Origin: Oculina patagonica | Lineage: Eukaryota | Length of the DNA stretch: 64,000 nt | NCBI RefSeq assembly: GCF_052425735.1 | Contig: NC_135758.1 | Location: forward strand, 35,712,001-35,776,000 | Direction of reading: 5' to 3' | In this document: positions 35,976-49,370 of the stretch, piece by piece | Numbering within the stretch: position 1 is the stretch's first letter | Layout of the letters: each line of letters starts with the position of its first letter | The notes under the pieces: generated by a model | Seen by the model: only the letters and a program-made list of their open reading frames with translations | Told to the model about the DNA's origin: nothing | The model's database searches: none | Position numbers and translations under genes: made by a program

Positions 35976-37415
35976 TTACACGCCATTAAGCCAATTTTAA
36001 AGCATGAACTAAACATTTTGAATTTTTTAAAAAAAATCGACGACATCCAATTAACTTGAAAAACGTGTTGGGAAACACCAACTCCATCTATCAACATCTA
36101 TCTTAAAACCGATAAAGAACTTTGACAACAAGTTAGTATCTTTTCTAAAACTCTACAACAAAAGAAAAACGTAGTAATTCGTACGACTGGTTGTCAGCCG
36201 TTGGAAAACATCGCTAAACACTTTTACAGCGATAACTTTCTATAGGCCGGATTTGCTGGTCAACTTGCCTTTAAAACATAATAGTTTAAATTGTTCTTTT
36301 AATCATGATAGCAGAAGGAAGCGGCTATAAATTGTTGTCTTTTATTTTGCCATGCAAATTTATAATCGCCCTACATGTTTACCTTAAACTCTAAGGCACT
36401 AAATCTGCATTTGAATGCAAAATTCAGCTGGTCTGATATGCCGAAAGTGTTAATCTCATCCAAATGGCATTTTCTCACTGCAGATAAAACGAAAAACAAA
36501 ATAAAGTGATCTTCTGTAGCCAATATAGTATGCAATACACGTAAAAATTATTGGAATTTCTTTATTTTTTTCTTTCAAGTAGAAAATAAAATGAGAAAAC
36601 GAACGGCAATTACTCGTTCACCGCGTGACGTCACGCAGCTGGTTTTGGTTTACTGAAAAAAAAGTGCTTTTTTGTTGTACTTTAGGTGTGAAACCTTACT
36701 TGAATAATAAAACTGTGTTTAGCAAGTCTGGCAGTCTAAGGTTATTACTCCACGTGCCGCCATTTTGCAGGAGAAATGCTCGGTAATAATAATCCCCATT
36801 CATGGTAACTACTTCTTACTAGAGTCTTTTAAAAACGTATAATTACTTTTCGCGGGCAGAAACACAAAATAAAAGTTAAGGGTTTGTGGCAAATATAGCT
36901 TAATTAATAACAAAAGTAATATGAACATTACAATATTCTTCCGCTGCAAAATAAATATTGCAGCACCAACAAAGGAAACTAATGAGATTTTAATATACAG
37001 TTTCGTGCTGTATAACATTAATGGAGATGTCCATTTTCGCTTAGCGACAATGTGACGTTGATCATGCAGTGCAATTCCATGGACATTTCATTATTAGTAA
37101 ACTATACATACAAAAAACCACCCGCACATAATTTATAAACGCCGTAAAAAGCGACCATTCCCTGAATACCCGTTGCTTTTCGATTCATTTTCATTATTTA
37201 CTTAGTGTGTGGTTTGCAAAGGAAACGTGTACTTAGCACCATTGGTTTTCAGGTGTAAAGTCGGAAAGCATCGCTCAACACTTGTTCTGAAAAGCACGCC
37301 GATTGCAGCGATAACTTTCGTTCAGTACAGATCAGATTGGCCGTCGTCTTGACTACCGTCTTGCTTATTAAAATCTTCAAACGCTCTCAGAAGAAAGGTC
37401 AGTAGCGAGGTTAAA

Positions 37416-38279
37416 ATGGCAAACTGGTTCAACATTTTCGGCTGGCTCCTTTCAATCGTAACAGCAACAGGAAATGGCTTCGTGGTCTTTCTTGTCGCCA
37501 AACATCACCGTCTTCATTCCTCGGCCAACTGGTTCGTTCTTTCTTTAGCAGTGGCCGACTTTAGTGTTGGGATCGCCGTTTTCCCATCGGGATATTTTTG
37601 CAATGACTTAATGGCGTGCAATTTTAGGGTGTATATGGCGTTATTCTGGTTCTTCCTCCACTCTTCGGTAACAAATCTTTGCGTCTTGACTTGGGATCGT
37701 TACATCGCCATCGTTCACCCACTTAGATACAACACCTCCATGACCGAGAGACGCCCTGGAATTGTTATTTTAATAGCATGGTTGATACCCTTGGCAATCG
37801 CGCTGTCACTTTTGGTAGGAATGTACGCCACAAACTCCAGCACTGCTCTGAAAGTTTTACGTTTAACCGGTGTATCTGCTTTTGACATAATAGCCTGCGT
37901 GTTGCTGTTCTATGCCGTTGTTCGTATCCTTGTTATTGCGCGCGCACAGTCGCATCAAGAAGCAGCGATGGAACTACAAGTTCAATCTAACCGTTCATCC
38001 ACTGAAGCCACCTCTTCTCGCAGACGGAAGAAGCGCAGCACAGCTCCCTTCATAATTGCTATTGTCGTACTCTTCTTGGGATGCTACATAGTGGTAAACT
38101 ACTTAGTTTTGTGCATTACTTTTTCTTGTCAAGTGTCCGATAAAGCTGGCCAAATCCTCATTTTACTCCTGGTTCTGAACTCAGCAGTGAATCCTTTGGT
38201 TTACGCGTTTTTGAAGAGGGACATTAAAATGGAAATAAAGAATCTCATTTGCAGGGGAACTGATAACTATCGAATGTGA
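37416..38279 (+). CDS. GPCR copy 10 (287 aa)
   Basis: Complete 7TM; ttaaaATGG. Confidence 0.95.
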   Translation: MANWFNIFGWLLSIVTATGNGFVVFLVAKHHRLHSSANWFVLSLAVADFSVGIAVFPSGYFCNDLMACNFRVYMALFWFFLHSSVTNLCVLTWDRYIAIVHPLRYNTSMTERRPGIVILIAWLIPLAIALSLLVGMYATNSSTALKVLRLTGVSAFDIIACVLLFYAVVRILVIARAQSHQEAAMELQVQSNRSSTEATSSRRRKKRSTAPFIIAIVVLFLGCYIVVNYLVLCITFSCQVSDKAGQILILLLVLNSAVNPLVYAFLKRDIKMEIKNLICRGTDNYRM

Positions 38280-39069
38280 TAATTTTGATGTATTCAAGAA
38301 TGGACATATATCAGTTTCACGGTCTCCTAAAACTGGGAAGCCGCCAACAATAACAATTGAAATGCTAAAAAGTCAGGGACCGTTTGGACTACAGAATACA
38401 GTGTTTGTCTAGATTTTGCCAAAGGAATGGCAAGAAAAAATGGCCTTTATGTAAAATGTCCGAACTGAAAACGTGACGCTACAAAAACGATGACATGTAT
38501 AGGTGGTTCTCTTCTCGTTAAAAATGATCAATCGCAATTCATGATTTCAGAATAACTGTGCAGATTCAGTTTATTTCGATACCTATAATATAATTTGTTA
38601 AATCAGTTGTAAACATACAAAGGGCCCAAATCTTGAAAAAAAGATATCACCCCTGTTAAATGTAGTTTTGATGCATGCCGTGTTTGTTTTGATACATAAA
38701 TGTATGAATTTACATAACACTGCGTAATCCAGCGATCGAATAAGTAAAAAAGGCGCTGTGATGAAACATTATAAGTTTGTTTGGTCATCCTATAATGTAG
38801 AGAATTCGCGCTGAAAAAAGTCGTAGTAAGGCATAAATATACTGCACGGGACAATGTTGTATCTCGAATTGCTTAATAAGAAACCATACCTCGACGAGGA
38901 CCAATTATTCCTTCCTTGGGCAAATGAACAGTATTGGATTTTGTCCAATAGCAGTATAATACGTAGTGAGAGTCCGGTTAATCATTACTGGGCGTATTGC
39001 GTGCTTGCGTGAGGACCCAAGTTCTGTAATCATATCGTAGCAGATCTCAGCCTAGCAGTAGTTGTGCCA

Positions 39070-39472
39070 AGTGAAAACGAACGTCGACATAAGCTTAAGC
39101 ATACTCACAAGCATAAAAACACGATGTTTACTAGTTAGCCGGAAGACTTCACTGTTCCGAACAACCTCGGAGAACTTTTATTAAAATCAACCGCGGCCTC
39201 CGCCACTATTTTCAAATACTTAGACGCGGGGTAATCTGGAACGAGTGCTTTAATTGGCTAGACACGACCAGACGTAAACAATTTTCTTGTGCTTATGTGG
39301 TGTTTCGTTTTCACACAAACGCAAGCACAAGAAAAGTAAAATTTTGATCCTTGTACTTGCGCTTGTACTTATCATCGATGCTAATACTTGCATCGAAGCC
39401 CATTTTACGGTACAAAATAAGAGTTGTTAAACTTGCGCTTGTGATTGCGTCGCTAGTGAAAAGCAAGCTTTA
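39070..39472. mobile_element. Degenerate MITE remnant rich in cttgtgcttg-type repeats
   Basis: Repeated caagc/gcttg units; one end gcgtcgctagtgaaaagcaagcttta; other end not evident. Confidence 0.35.
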
Positions 39473-40682
39473 GAAGAAATTTTGACAAACACAATAAAAC
39501 CATCCACGACATACTGTATTATTTTTTTCCGAACTCCATCGGTTGTTTAAAAGATACGTCGGGAGTTCTACCCTCCGAATCGCAGTTTTCCTTTACCACA
39601 GGCAGATTACCCTCTGGAATTAATATTTTTTTAAAAAAAAAGTCTTTTAACGTCAGCTCAAATTTTCACGAATGAATTTTGTTTTAAAACATTAGCAAAA
39701 CATAACGAACAAAACTAGAGTTTACTGTTTCTGTAGATTGCTGACTATCGAGTAAACTACGAACGCAACAAACAAAAACATGACACGATACGTCAATAAC
39801 CACAACTGCCACAACTAGTTTTGATTATTTTTGGTTTTCTTTTTCGTCCCTTTCTATTACAATTTATGAATTTGGTCACTTTATTAAGACTCTGTACTGA
39901 GAGGCCAATAATTCAGTGAGGCACTTAGACTAACTCGGTTCGCAAAATTTGTTGTTATGTGTATTTGGCAAACAAGAGTAAACAGCCGTGGCGTGAGGAA
40001 ATGAAAACGAATCGCATGCACTTTCTCATGCTTAAACGAATATAATACAAATAAAACATATGCATCCACCAGCGGGTGTAAAAACTGGTTTCCCATAGTC
40101 ATTGAGGAGATTACCATGGGAAGACAAAAATCGGTCAGGGATTATAAGTGAACGTCTTGCACAGTTTCGTGACGTGCTTTATCGCACTTGCAAAGGACAA
40201 AAGACACTCTTCATGGAAAACATTTAAGACCATTTAACCTTAATTTTATTATATTTTACAAGTGTTCTAAATCTACAAGACTTCTAATTAGAATAAGACA
40301 AGATATAAGATCATTTAGATAAGGTTGAAACCCATTCAAGAAGCTGATTTTTTTGTATGGTCTTTTGTATTTCTGCCGGAAACCAATAACTGATTAAAAC
40401 ACTATCCAAGGAGTTGAATTTTGTGGACCTTTGTATTTCTGAATACTGATTTTTGTGATAAGATTGATTGCCGGAACCGACCACTGATGACAAAACTGTT
40501 CAAGAAGTTACTTTTATGATCTTTGTTTGAAATCAATGCAGAATTTTGTGCAAAATAGCATTGCCGGAACCGATCACTGATTTTCAACATTGACAAAAAC
40601 CCGATAAGAATCCCACTTACATGGCTAACCGGCACGACTCTAGAGACAGCTGAAATACTTCATTTTAAGAAGCTTGGTTGAA

Positions 40683-41669
40683 ATGGAAGACTTACTGAAT
40701 ATTTTCGACTGGTTACTTTCAGTCGCAACAGTATCAGGAAACGCCTTTGTAGTCTTTCTTGTCGTCAAAAATCGCCGACTGCATTCCTCGGCCAACTGGT
40801 TCGTCCTTTCTTTAGCAGTGGCAGACTTTGGAGTCGGAATCGTCGTTTATCCACCGAGTTATTTTTGTAATAACTCAATGCTGTGTAACTTCAGGGTGTA
40901 CGTGGCATTCTTCTGGTTTTTCCTTCACTCTTCGGTCACAAACCTTTGCGTCTTGACTTGGGATCGTTACGTCGCTATCGTTCACCCTTTGAAATACAAT
41001 TCCTCCATAACTGAGAGACGCCCTTGGCTGTTAATCTTAGCAGCATGGTTACTTTCTTTTGCGATCTCGCTTACACTTTTTGTAGGAATGTACCTCACAA
41101 GCTCTAACACTGCCCTGAAAGTTTTACGAATAACTGGCGTCTCGGGCTTTGATATAATATCCTGCGCACTTCTCTTGTATGCTGTTGTTCGTATCCTAGT
41201 TGTTGCACGTAGACAGTCGCATCAAGTATCTGCAATAGAATTACAGATTACGTCTCTCGACTCACGCAACGAACGTACCGAGCTTGCAACTTCACGCAGA
41301 CACAGAAAACACAGCACAGCTCCCTTTGTAATTGCTCTTGTTGTATTGTTCTTGGGATGCTACACAGTGGTAAATTACTTAGTTTTGTGCATTGCTTTTT
41401 CTTGTCATAAAGTGTCCGACAAAACTGCCCAGGTCGTTACTTTTCTCCTGGTTGTGAACTCCGCAGTGAATCCTTTGGTCTACGCATTATTGAAGAAGGA
41501 TATTAAGCGAGAAATAAGCAAGCTTATCTGTCGGGGCAACAACCATCGGGAGAGATCCTTGATACGGCGCCTAAAAATTCCATTCCCATCATTTTACCGT
41601 GATGTTTCAGATAATATGCCTTTCGCTTACGTTGTATTTTTCACTTATTTAATGTCAAAGGTACATTGA
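40683..41669 (+). CDS. GPCR copy 11 (328 aa, extended C-terminus)
   Basis: ATG at 40683 (gttgaaATGG); complete 7TM; ~35-45 extra C-terminal residues. Confidence 0.9.
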   Translation: MEDLLNIFDWLLSVATVSGNAFVVFLVVKNRRLHSSANWFVLSLAVADFGVGIVVYPPSYFCNNSMLCNFRVYVAFFWFFLHSSVTNLCVLTWDRYVAIVHPLKYNSSITERRPWLLILAAWLLSFAISLTLFVGMYLTSSNTALKVLRITGVSGFDIISCALLLYAVVRILVVARRQSHQVSAIELQITSLDSRNERTELATSRRHRKHSTAPFVIALVVLFLGCYTVVNYLVLCIAFSCHKVSDKTAQVVTFLLVVNSAVNPLVYALLKKDIKREISKLICRGNNHRERSLIRRLKIPFPSFYRDVSDNMPFAYVVFFTYLMSKVH

Positions 41670-44422
41670 TATATAGTTAAGACCTTGTTCATTCTCAGCA
41701 CAAATTAATCTCTTAACTTATTTGCCAATAGTTAGTATAGTTTAAACATGTTTATGTCAAGTAAAATGATGCTAAAGAGCAGAAGGGGGGCTTTATAGAG
41801 AATGTTAGACGGTTGTCAGTTATCGGTTTAGCTGTAAACTATATGTCAGTTCTTAGCTAAACTTTAGCTTTTTGTCCGTTTAGCTGTCTTTATGCAACTC
41901 TTGATAAGAAAAACATCATGCAAATAATGACAATAGTAATAACTTGTATTTATAATGCGCTATTTCCATAAAAAAAAGTTATCTAACTGCGGTCACCTTT
42001 CGTTAAGGGTAAAAATAAAATACAATCTGAATGAAAGGTAACAAGTAACAGATTAAAATGCTACCTTAATTAAAAGCATACAAAAAAAAGTGTCTGAATG
42101 TGTCTTTCCTCGATTCGACTGTCTGTTGGTAATTTGCTCCGAAGTTTTGGGGGAAGTAAAAGGATTTTTTTTCTTAAATAAAATGCTTCTGAATGAATCT
42201 CGCAGTCGGGCAACCACAGGTTTTTGTCCCGAAGTTGCTAAGCAACTGCTTATGCCATGATGCCGTGACAATTTCGGAGAACTCTCAAGTCCTCGAGCTA
42301 TTTCGCGATTGTACAATAAAAATCGGAATTTCTACAAACAAATTTGCAAACAAACCACTTTTTCCTCCGAATGGCATGTCATTTTGCCAACGAAACAGGT
42401 GTTGAGTCATAGTTTTGTCCTGACGTACTGTTGATATTTAGAAAGGCAATTCGTCAGGGATGGACATGATAAACCGCAAAACGTGTCTGACGCTGTTTCT
42501 GGGGCATAATGTTAAATACAACTTTTATTTGAAACTTCACAAAGACGTTTAATAATAAAAAAGTCGTTGCATTTGACAGCTAGCCATTGCACTTTGTAAT
42601 AAAGACTGAGCTGTCGTGCTCATGCCAATCCAAACAAACTTTACATCGGGAAACCTTTCACCGGTCATTTGAAAACGCCACAGAAAAATTAACGACCATG
42701 ATCTCCATGATTTAAATAACAAAGGATTGACGCAGTATGTTCCTCTTGACCTTGATTCGTATTTGTTTTGTGGGGGGGATAAATTTGAGGGACATGTCAC
42801 CTTGTATGTATAAGCTATTCACTCCATGCAATAAAATCGGTAATAACAGCAGAACCCCAGAATAATTCGCATGCACAATTACAGTTGTAATACAAAACGT
42901 CTCAGATATAGCGTCGTAAAACCTGACAACGCACATCACTTGCTGGGAAAATTAAAAGCACATCGAATTCACAGCGACAACATTCAACAAAAGCCTGATT
43001 AATTGTCAGTTTCTCCTTCTACAGCTGGATGGAAATATAAAAAAAATTGTGTGATTGGTTCAATGAGCTTCGAATTCTAACGCAGTAGGTCAACTTTCCG
43101 GCGAACGTGCTTTTGCGTTCTGCAACATAAGAAAAGTGAATGTCAAACATTTAGCAAAAATTAAAACTGTATTTTAAGTGTTTTTAGTCTGCAAGATTTA
43201 TAAAGTAAGCTTAGAAAGAACTGACACCATAAGCTTGAGTATTTTTTTATTTGTATTTTTTCAATTCCATTTTTTTCTGAAGGAGTAGAATTACTGCAAT
43301 CGCTAACTAATTATGATTGGCGGAAGCTATTTAAGAAGCTAAATTTAATAGGAAGGTAGGTAATCTTTCAGAGATTTCCACACGGTTAAAACCTCACCTT
43401 TTTTAAATACTATATAGTTATAATTCTTACGTAAAAAATAAATTTCTAGTGATAAGCTCATTATAAAGAAAAAACTGCTTTCCATGAATGCCATGCCTTA
43501 TAGTACTTGTTTTGCTAAAGCTTTAAATTGCCCAAGGAACTCTGCTTCTCTTACGTTGGAAAGAAGACTGTTTCATAAGACTGCGCCGCTCGATTCAGAT
43601 TCATAATATTGCCTGAACCGGTTTCTCATTAAAACTATTCAAGAAGCAATGCCACTTTGTGAAGTTGTCGCTTAGTCACGTTCGTTCGTTAGTATTTTTC
43701 GGTCAAACTTTGTATTAATCGTCACATTTTTAATAACTATCACACTCTGTAATAATATCTTTATATTGCATTCTGTGAAAACATTTGTCGCAGCTTGCGT
43801 TAAATAGCTCTTACATTAACGAGTCATCATCTCACTTCGTATAAAAAAAAAGCTGTCAAATTTTTGCCCTATTGTAAAATCAACAACAAACATTGCGACA
43901 AAACACCTCGCACGCATGATTTTAAACGCCACAACAACCGTCTGCAGAATTTGCATTTCAAAGAAATTGCTCATTATTCATAATGTTTGTATCTTAAAGC
44001 AGCCAGTTCCTGTTCACCTTGATTTCCTTGATGAACTAAGGAAATTACCCGGCAGGTAAACTACTAAATCCATGCAATGATATTGTGGGGAAACTGAAGA
44101 ACAAGGCAACATTTATTGGAAAAAAATTGCTTATTGTTCATAATGTTTGTATCTTGAAGCAGCCAGTTCCTGTTCACTTTGATGAACTAAGGACATTACC
44201 CGGCATGTAAACTACTAGACTCATACAATAATATTGTGGGATAAAAAGAACAAGGCAACATTTATTGGCCGTTAGGGACATCTCCGGAATATATTGCCTC
44301 ACACTTGCTCTGAAAAATACACCACATTCAGCAAAAGTGATAGCGTTCAACAAAAGCTGAATTAATTGGTAGTCCTGCTCTTCTGCTCATTAAAATCGAC
44401 AAACGTCGAAACGTCAGTTGAA

Positions 44423-45271
44423 ATGAAAAATTGGTTCAACATTATCGGCTGGCTTCTTTCAATCGTAGCAGCAGCAGGAAATGGCTTTGTAGTCTTCCTT
44501 GTCGCCAAAAATCGCCGGCTTCATTACTCGGCCAACTGGTTCGTTCTTTCATTGGCAGTGGCCGACTTTGGAGTCGGAATCGCTGTTTTTCCATCGAGTT
44601 ATTTTTGTATAAACTCAGTGGCTTGTAATTTAAGGGTGTACAGCGCATTCTTCTGGTTCTTCCTCCACTCTTCGGTCACAAGTCTTTGCGTCTTGACTTG
44701 GGATCGTTACATCGCCATCGTTCATCCTTTCAAATACAATACCTCCATGACTAAAAGACGCCCTGGAATGGTTATCTTGGCAGCATGGTTAATTGCCTTC
44801 TCGACATTGCTGTTGCTTTTTGTGGAAACCTACGCCGTAGAGTCCAAAACTGTCCAGAAACTTTTACGATTAACTAGCGTGTCCGTCTTTGACATAATAT
44901 CCTGCGTGCTGCTCTTCTATGCCGTTGTTCGTATCCTAGTTGTTGCACGTGCACAGTCACACAAAGAAGCGGCGATAGAATTGGAGGTTCAGTCTAGCTT
45001 CTCATCCACAGAGGCTGCAACTTCGCGCAGACGTAAGAAACACAGCTCAGCTCCCTTCATAATTGCCATTGTCGTGTTCTTCTTGGGATGCTACATAGTG
45101 GTAAATTCTTTAGTTTTGTGCCGCACTTTTTCTTGTCAAGTGCCTGATATTGCTGGCCAGGTCGTCACTTGTCTCTTAGTTCTGAACTCCGCAGTGAATC
45201 CTCTGGTTTACGCGTTTTTAAAGAGGGACATAAAGAAAGAAATAAAAAGGCTTATTTGCAAAGAAAACTAG
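44423..45271 (+). CDS. GPCR copy 12 (282 aa), type-B ECL2
   Basis: ATG at 44423; complete 7TM. Confidence 0.94.
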   Translation: MKNWFNIIGWLLSIVAAAGNGFVVFLVAKNRRLHYSANWFVLSLAVADFGVGIAVFPSSYFCINSVACNLRVYSAFFWFFLHSSVTSLCVLTWDRYIAIVHPFKYNTSMTKRRPGMVILAAWLIAFSTLLLLFVETYAVESKTVQKLLRLTSVSVFDIISCVLLFYAVVRILVVARAQSHKEAAIELEVQSSFSSTEAATSRRRKKHSSAPFIIAIVVFFLGCYIVVNSLVLCRTFSCQVPDIAGQVVTCLLVLNSAVNPLVYAFLKRDIKKEIKRLICKEN

Positions 45272-46937
45272 ACTGAATTAAAGGATTCCTTTTAGTAACA
45301 TATCCTTATACAATGGGCGCTTAAAATTGTAAAAAAATTAAGCAAGAAGCTAATCAATGACAGAGTCGAAAAATTACCAAGGCTTGGTGTATATTGCCTA
45401 TCTACATTTGTTGTCTCGTGTTTTACCATCATAAGCGTGGGATGCATGTATTAAATTTATCTCAGTTTCATATTTAAGACATAGTATAGTAAAAGAACTC
45501 CAAAATAAAGATATTCTTTTATTATACGTTTTGGGTCAGAAAACAGCAAACTTCTTCCGCAAAACTCGAAAAAAAACAAGCCATACACTTTTATGCCTGT
45601 ACATTAAAACGTATTGTTTTAGTAACAGGTAGAACGTCAATGCAAATTAAAAACTAAAAGCAATATCTTTCAGGTGGTGTTATTGATTGCGTTGAGAGTG
45701 TGAAAGCCTGGTTTTAACTTTCAGGTAAATAAAACGACAAGCAATATATGGTTCCCATGGTGATTGATGAATGAATTAATTATAAAGGAGGTATGAAATT
45801 TGTCTCACACGACAGAAAGGGAAATCACAAAATTTTCTTCGTGTTGTCAAAACAGATATAAAACAGTGCTACTATGGCAATGGACTTGCCGATATTTCGG
45901 TTTAGTCCAAAAATATTTACCTCAAAAGGACGGTTAATTTTTTAATAAAATCGACGGGAAAATTGGTGCATTAATTTCATATCCAGTGTTCGTTAAATTT
46001 AAATTAAAAAATATATAATTGCTTGAAACTATACATCAATATAAATTGTTATGAAACGTCGAATTTTAAAATAGGCGAAAAAATGAAAGCTATAAACAAA
46101 GTATTAGAAGAAGAAACTAAGTGATGAGTTATCAATTAGTTTTTCTGTTTGTTTACGCGCGCGATAAAAGCTTTGACGGTCGACTTCTTAAAATACCACA
46201 TTTTGTTAAAAGCGGGTTAAGGGGGACTAGCAGTTTCCACTTTTAAACAGGAATGACGGTCAACTTCGTCTTGATTCACATTCTTTAATAATCACTACAC
46301 CCCGGCGTAGAACCTTTTCTGGGAATAATGTTCTCAATTCTCTGGTGTGTAAAGCAGCTCGCTCTCTTTTAAAGTGGCCAGATTTCTAGCTGTCAATCTC
46401 TGTCAAAACGTCAAATTGGATGTATCTAGGCTTACGTAATGACTACGACTGCGCGTTTCAGGTATTAGCATAAAAACCTTCGAGCTAATTGCGATGTCGA
46501 AAACGCTTTTCTGTCCAAAATTTCGTTACTAACCGAACGTGAACTGGCCAAAATAAAACAGCGCGAGCAATATAAAAATTACAAACATTGTTTTTCTACA
46601 ACAAAAACAGTTACACAAATTGTACAGTTGTACAGTTAGAGCTGAAAATAGTTTTCTTCGTGTACAAAGTTCAACAACAACTTTTTCACTAAACTCGAAG
46701 AAGAAGAGGCGTGTTATTCGGTAACTACAGTCCGACCCCTTTCCATAAATAAATACTAAGTTGTTTACGAGTTCAGAGCAGTCGTTTGTACAAGCCGAAT
46801 TTAAAAGAATACTTTTTAGGTCAAACTTTGTATTAATCGTCACATTTTTAATAACTATTACACTCTGTAAAAATATTGTTGCATCGAATTCTGTGATAAT
46901 ATTTGTCGCAGCTTGCGTTTAATAGCTGTCACATTAA

Positions 46938-47380
46938 CGAGTCATCATCTCACTTCGTATAAAAAAGCTGTCGAATTTTTGCCTTATTGCAAAATCAACA
47001 ACAAACATTGCGACAAAACACCTCGCATGCATGATTTAAAAACGCCACAGAAATGACCATCTGAAGAATTTGCATTTCAAAGAACTTGCTTAATATTCAT
47101 AATGTTTGTTTCTTGAAGCAGCCTTGAAGCAGCCAGTTCCTGTTCACCTTGATGTACTACGAGTCATCATCTCACTTCGTATTTAAAAAGCTGTCAAATT
47201 TTTGCCTTATTGTAAAATCACCAACAACTTATTGCGACAAAACACCTCGCACGCATGATTTTAAACGCCACAGAAATGACCATCTGCATAATTTGCATTT
47301 CAAAGAACTCAGCTTGCTTATTATGTTCAGTATTATAAGGTTTGTATCTTGTAGCAGCCAGTTCCAGTTCGCCTTGATGA
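46938..47380 (+). repeat. Tandem duplication, ~221-bp unit x2
   Basis: acgagtcatcatctcacttcgtat...gcagccagttcc starts at 46938 and 47159. Confidence 0.8.
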
Positions 47381-48358
47381 ACTAAGGAAATTACCCGGCA
47401 GGTAAACTACTAAATCCATGCAATAATATTGTGGGGAAACTGAAGAACAAGGCAACATTTATTGGAAGAAATTGCTTATTATTCATAATGTTTGTATCAT
47501 GAAGCAGCCAGGTCCTGTCACCTTGATGAAATAAGGAAATTACCCGGCATGTGAACAACTAAATCCATGCAATGATATTGTGGGGAAACTGAAGAACAAG
47601 GCAACATTTATTGGAATAAATTGCTTATTATTCATAATGTTTGTATCTTGATGCAGCCAGGTCCTGTCACCTTGATGAAATAAGGAAATTACCCGGCATG
47701 TGAACAACTAAATCCATGCAATGATATTGTGGGGAAACTGAAGAACAAGGCAACATTTATTGGAATAAATTGCTTATTATTCATAATGTTTGTATCCTGA
47801 AGCAGCCAGGTCCTGTCACCTTGATGAAATAAGGAAATTACCCGGCATGTGAACAACTAAATCCATGCAATGATATTGTGAGGAAACTGAAGAACAAGGC
47901 AACATTTATTGGAAGAAATTGCTTATTATTCATAATGTTTGTATCTTGATGCAGCCAGGTCCTGTCACCTTGATGAAATAAGGAAATTACCCGGCAGGTA
48001 AACTACTAAATCCATGCAATGATATTGTGGGGAAACTGAAGAACAAGGCAACATTTATTGGAAGAAATTGCTTATTATTCATAATGTTTGTATCTTGAAG
48101 CAGCCAGTTCCTGTTCGCCTTGATGAAATAAGGAAATTACCCGGCAGGTAAACTACTAAATCCATGCAATGATATTGTGGGGAAACTGAAGAACAAGGCA
48201 ACATTTATTGGAAGAAATTGCTTATTATTCATAATGTTTGTATCTTGAGGCAGCCAGTTCCTGTTCACCATGACGAACTAAGGAAATTACCCTGCATGTA
48301 ATCAACTAGACTCATACAATAATATTGTGGGATAAAAAGAACAAGGCAACATTTATTG
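47334..48358 (+). repeat. 149-bp tandem repeat x7 (last unit partial) upstream of copy 13
   Basis: Unit starts at 47334, 47484, 47633, 47782, 47931, 48080, 48230. Confidence 0.95.
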
Positions 48359-48521
48359 GCCGTTAGGGACATCTCCGGAATATATCGCCTCACACTTGCT
48401 CTGAAAAGTACACCACATTTAGCAAAAGTGATAGCGTTCAACAAAAGCTGGATTAATTGCTAGTCCTGCTCTTCTGCTCATTATATCGACAAACGTTCTC
48501 ACGCGATAGCGTGCGGTTGAA

Positions 48522-49370
48522 ATGGAAAATTGGTTCAACATTATCGGCTGGTTACTTTCAATCGTAGCAGCAGCAGGAAATGGCTTCGTAGTCTTTCTTG
48601 TCGCCAAAAATCGCCGGCTTCATTACTCGGCCAACTGGTTCGTTCTTTCATTGGCAGTGGCCGACTTTGGAGTCGGAATGGCTGTTTTTCCATCGAGTTA
48701 TTTTTGTATAAACTCAGTGGCTTGTAATTTAAGGGTGTACAGCGCATTCTTCTGGTTCCTCCTCCACTCTTCGGTCACAAGTCTTTGCGTCTTGACTTGG
48801 GATCGTTACATCGCCATCGTTCATCCTTTCAAATACAATACCTCCATGACTAAAAGACGCCCTGGAATGGTTATCTTGGCAGCATGGTTAATTGCCTTCT
48901 CGACATTGCTGTTGCTTTTTGTGGAAACCTACGCCGTAGAGTCCAAAACTGTCCAGAAAATTGTACGAATAGCTAGCGTGTCCGTCTTTGACATAATATC
49001 CTGCGTGCTGCTCTTCTATGCCGTTGTTCGTATCCTAATTGTTGCACGTGCTCAGTCACACCAAGAAGCGGCGATAGAATTGGAGGTTCAGTCTAGCCAC
49101 TCATCCACTGAAGCTGCAACTTCACGCAGACGTAAGAAACACAGCTCAGCTTCATTCATAATTGCTATTGTCTTTTTTTTCTTGGGATGCTACATTGTGG
49201 TAAATTCTTTAGTTTTGTGTTTTACTTTTTCTTGCCAAGTGTCTGATATTGCTGGCCAGGTCGTCACTTGTCTCTTAGTTCTGAACTCCGCAGTGAATCC
49301 TCTGGTCTACGCGTTTTTAAAGAGGGACATAAAGAAAGAAATAAAAAGGCTTATTTGCAAAGAAAACTAG
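48522..49370 (+). CDS. GPCR copy 13 (282 aa), type-B ECL2
   Basis: Complete 7TM. Confidence 0.95.
   Translation: MENWFNIIGWLLSIVAAAGNGFVVFLVAKNRRLHYSANWFVLSLAVADFGVGMAVFPSSYFCINSVACNLRVYSAFFWFLLHSSVTSLCVLTWDRYIAIVHPFKYNTSMTKRRPGMVILAAWLIAFSTLLLLFVETYAVESKTVQKIVRIASVSVFDIISCVLLFYAVVRILIVARAQSHQEAAIELEVQSSHSSTEAATSRRRKKHSSASFIIAIVFFFLGCYIVVNSLVLCFTFSCQVSDIAGQVVTCLLVLNSAVNPLVYAFLKRDIKKEIKRLICKEN

Noticed and set aside
36626-36633. Perfect CRE palindrome TGACGTCA upstream of copy 10 (also 4911)
   Set aside because: An 8-mer is expected about once by chance in 64 kb and is not conserved among paralogs
10551-44422. N-terminal extensions in the ORF track (10551, 13690, 30356, 40674, 44366)
   Set aside because: They start at TTG/GTG; the aligned downstream ATG in aaATG context is shared across the family
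47334-48358. CRISPR-like array
   Set aside because: Whole 149-bp units repeat with no unique spacers; eukaryotic context; no cas genes
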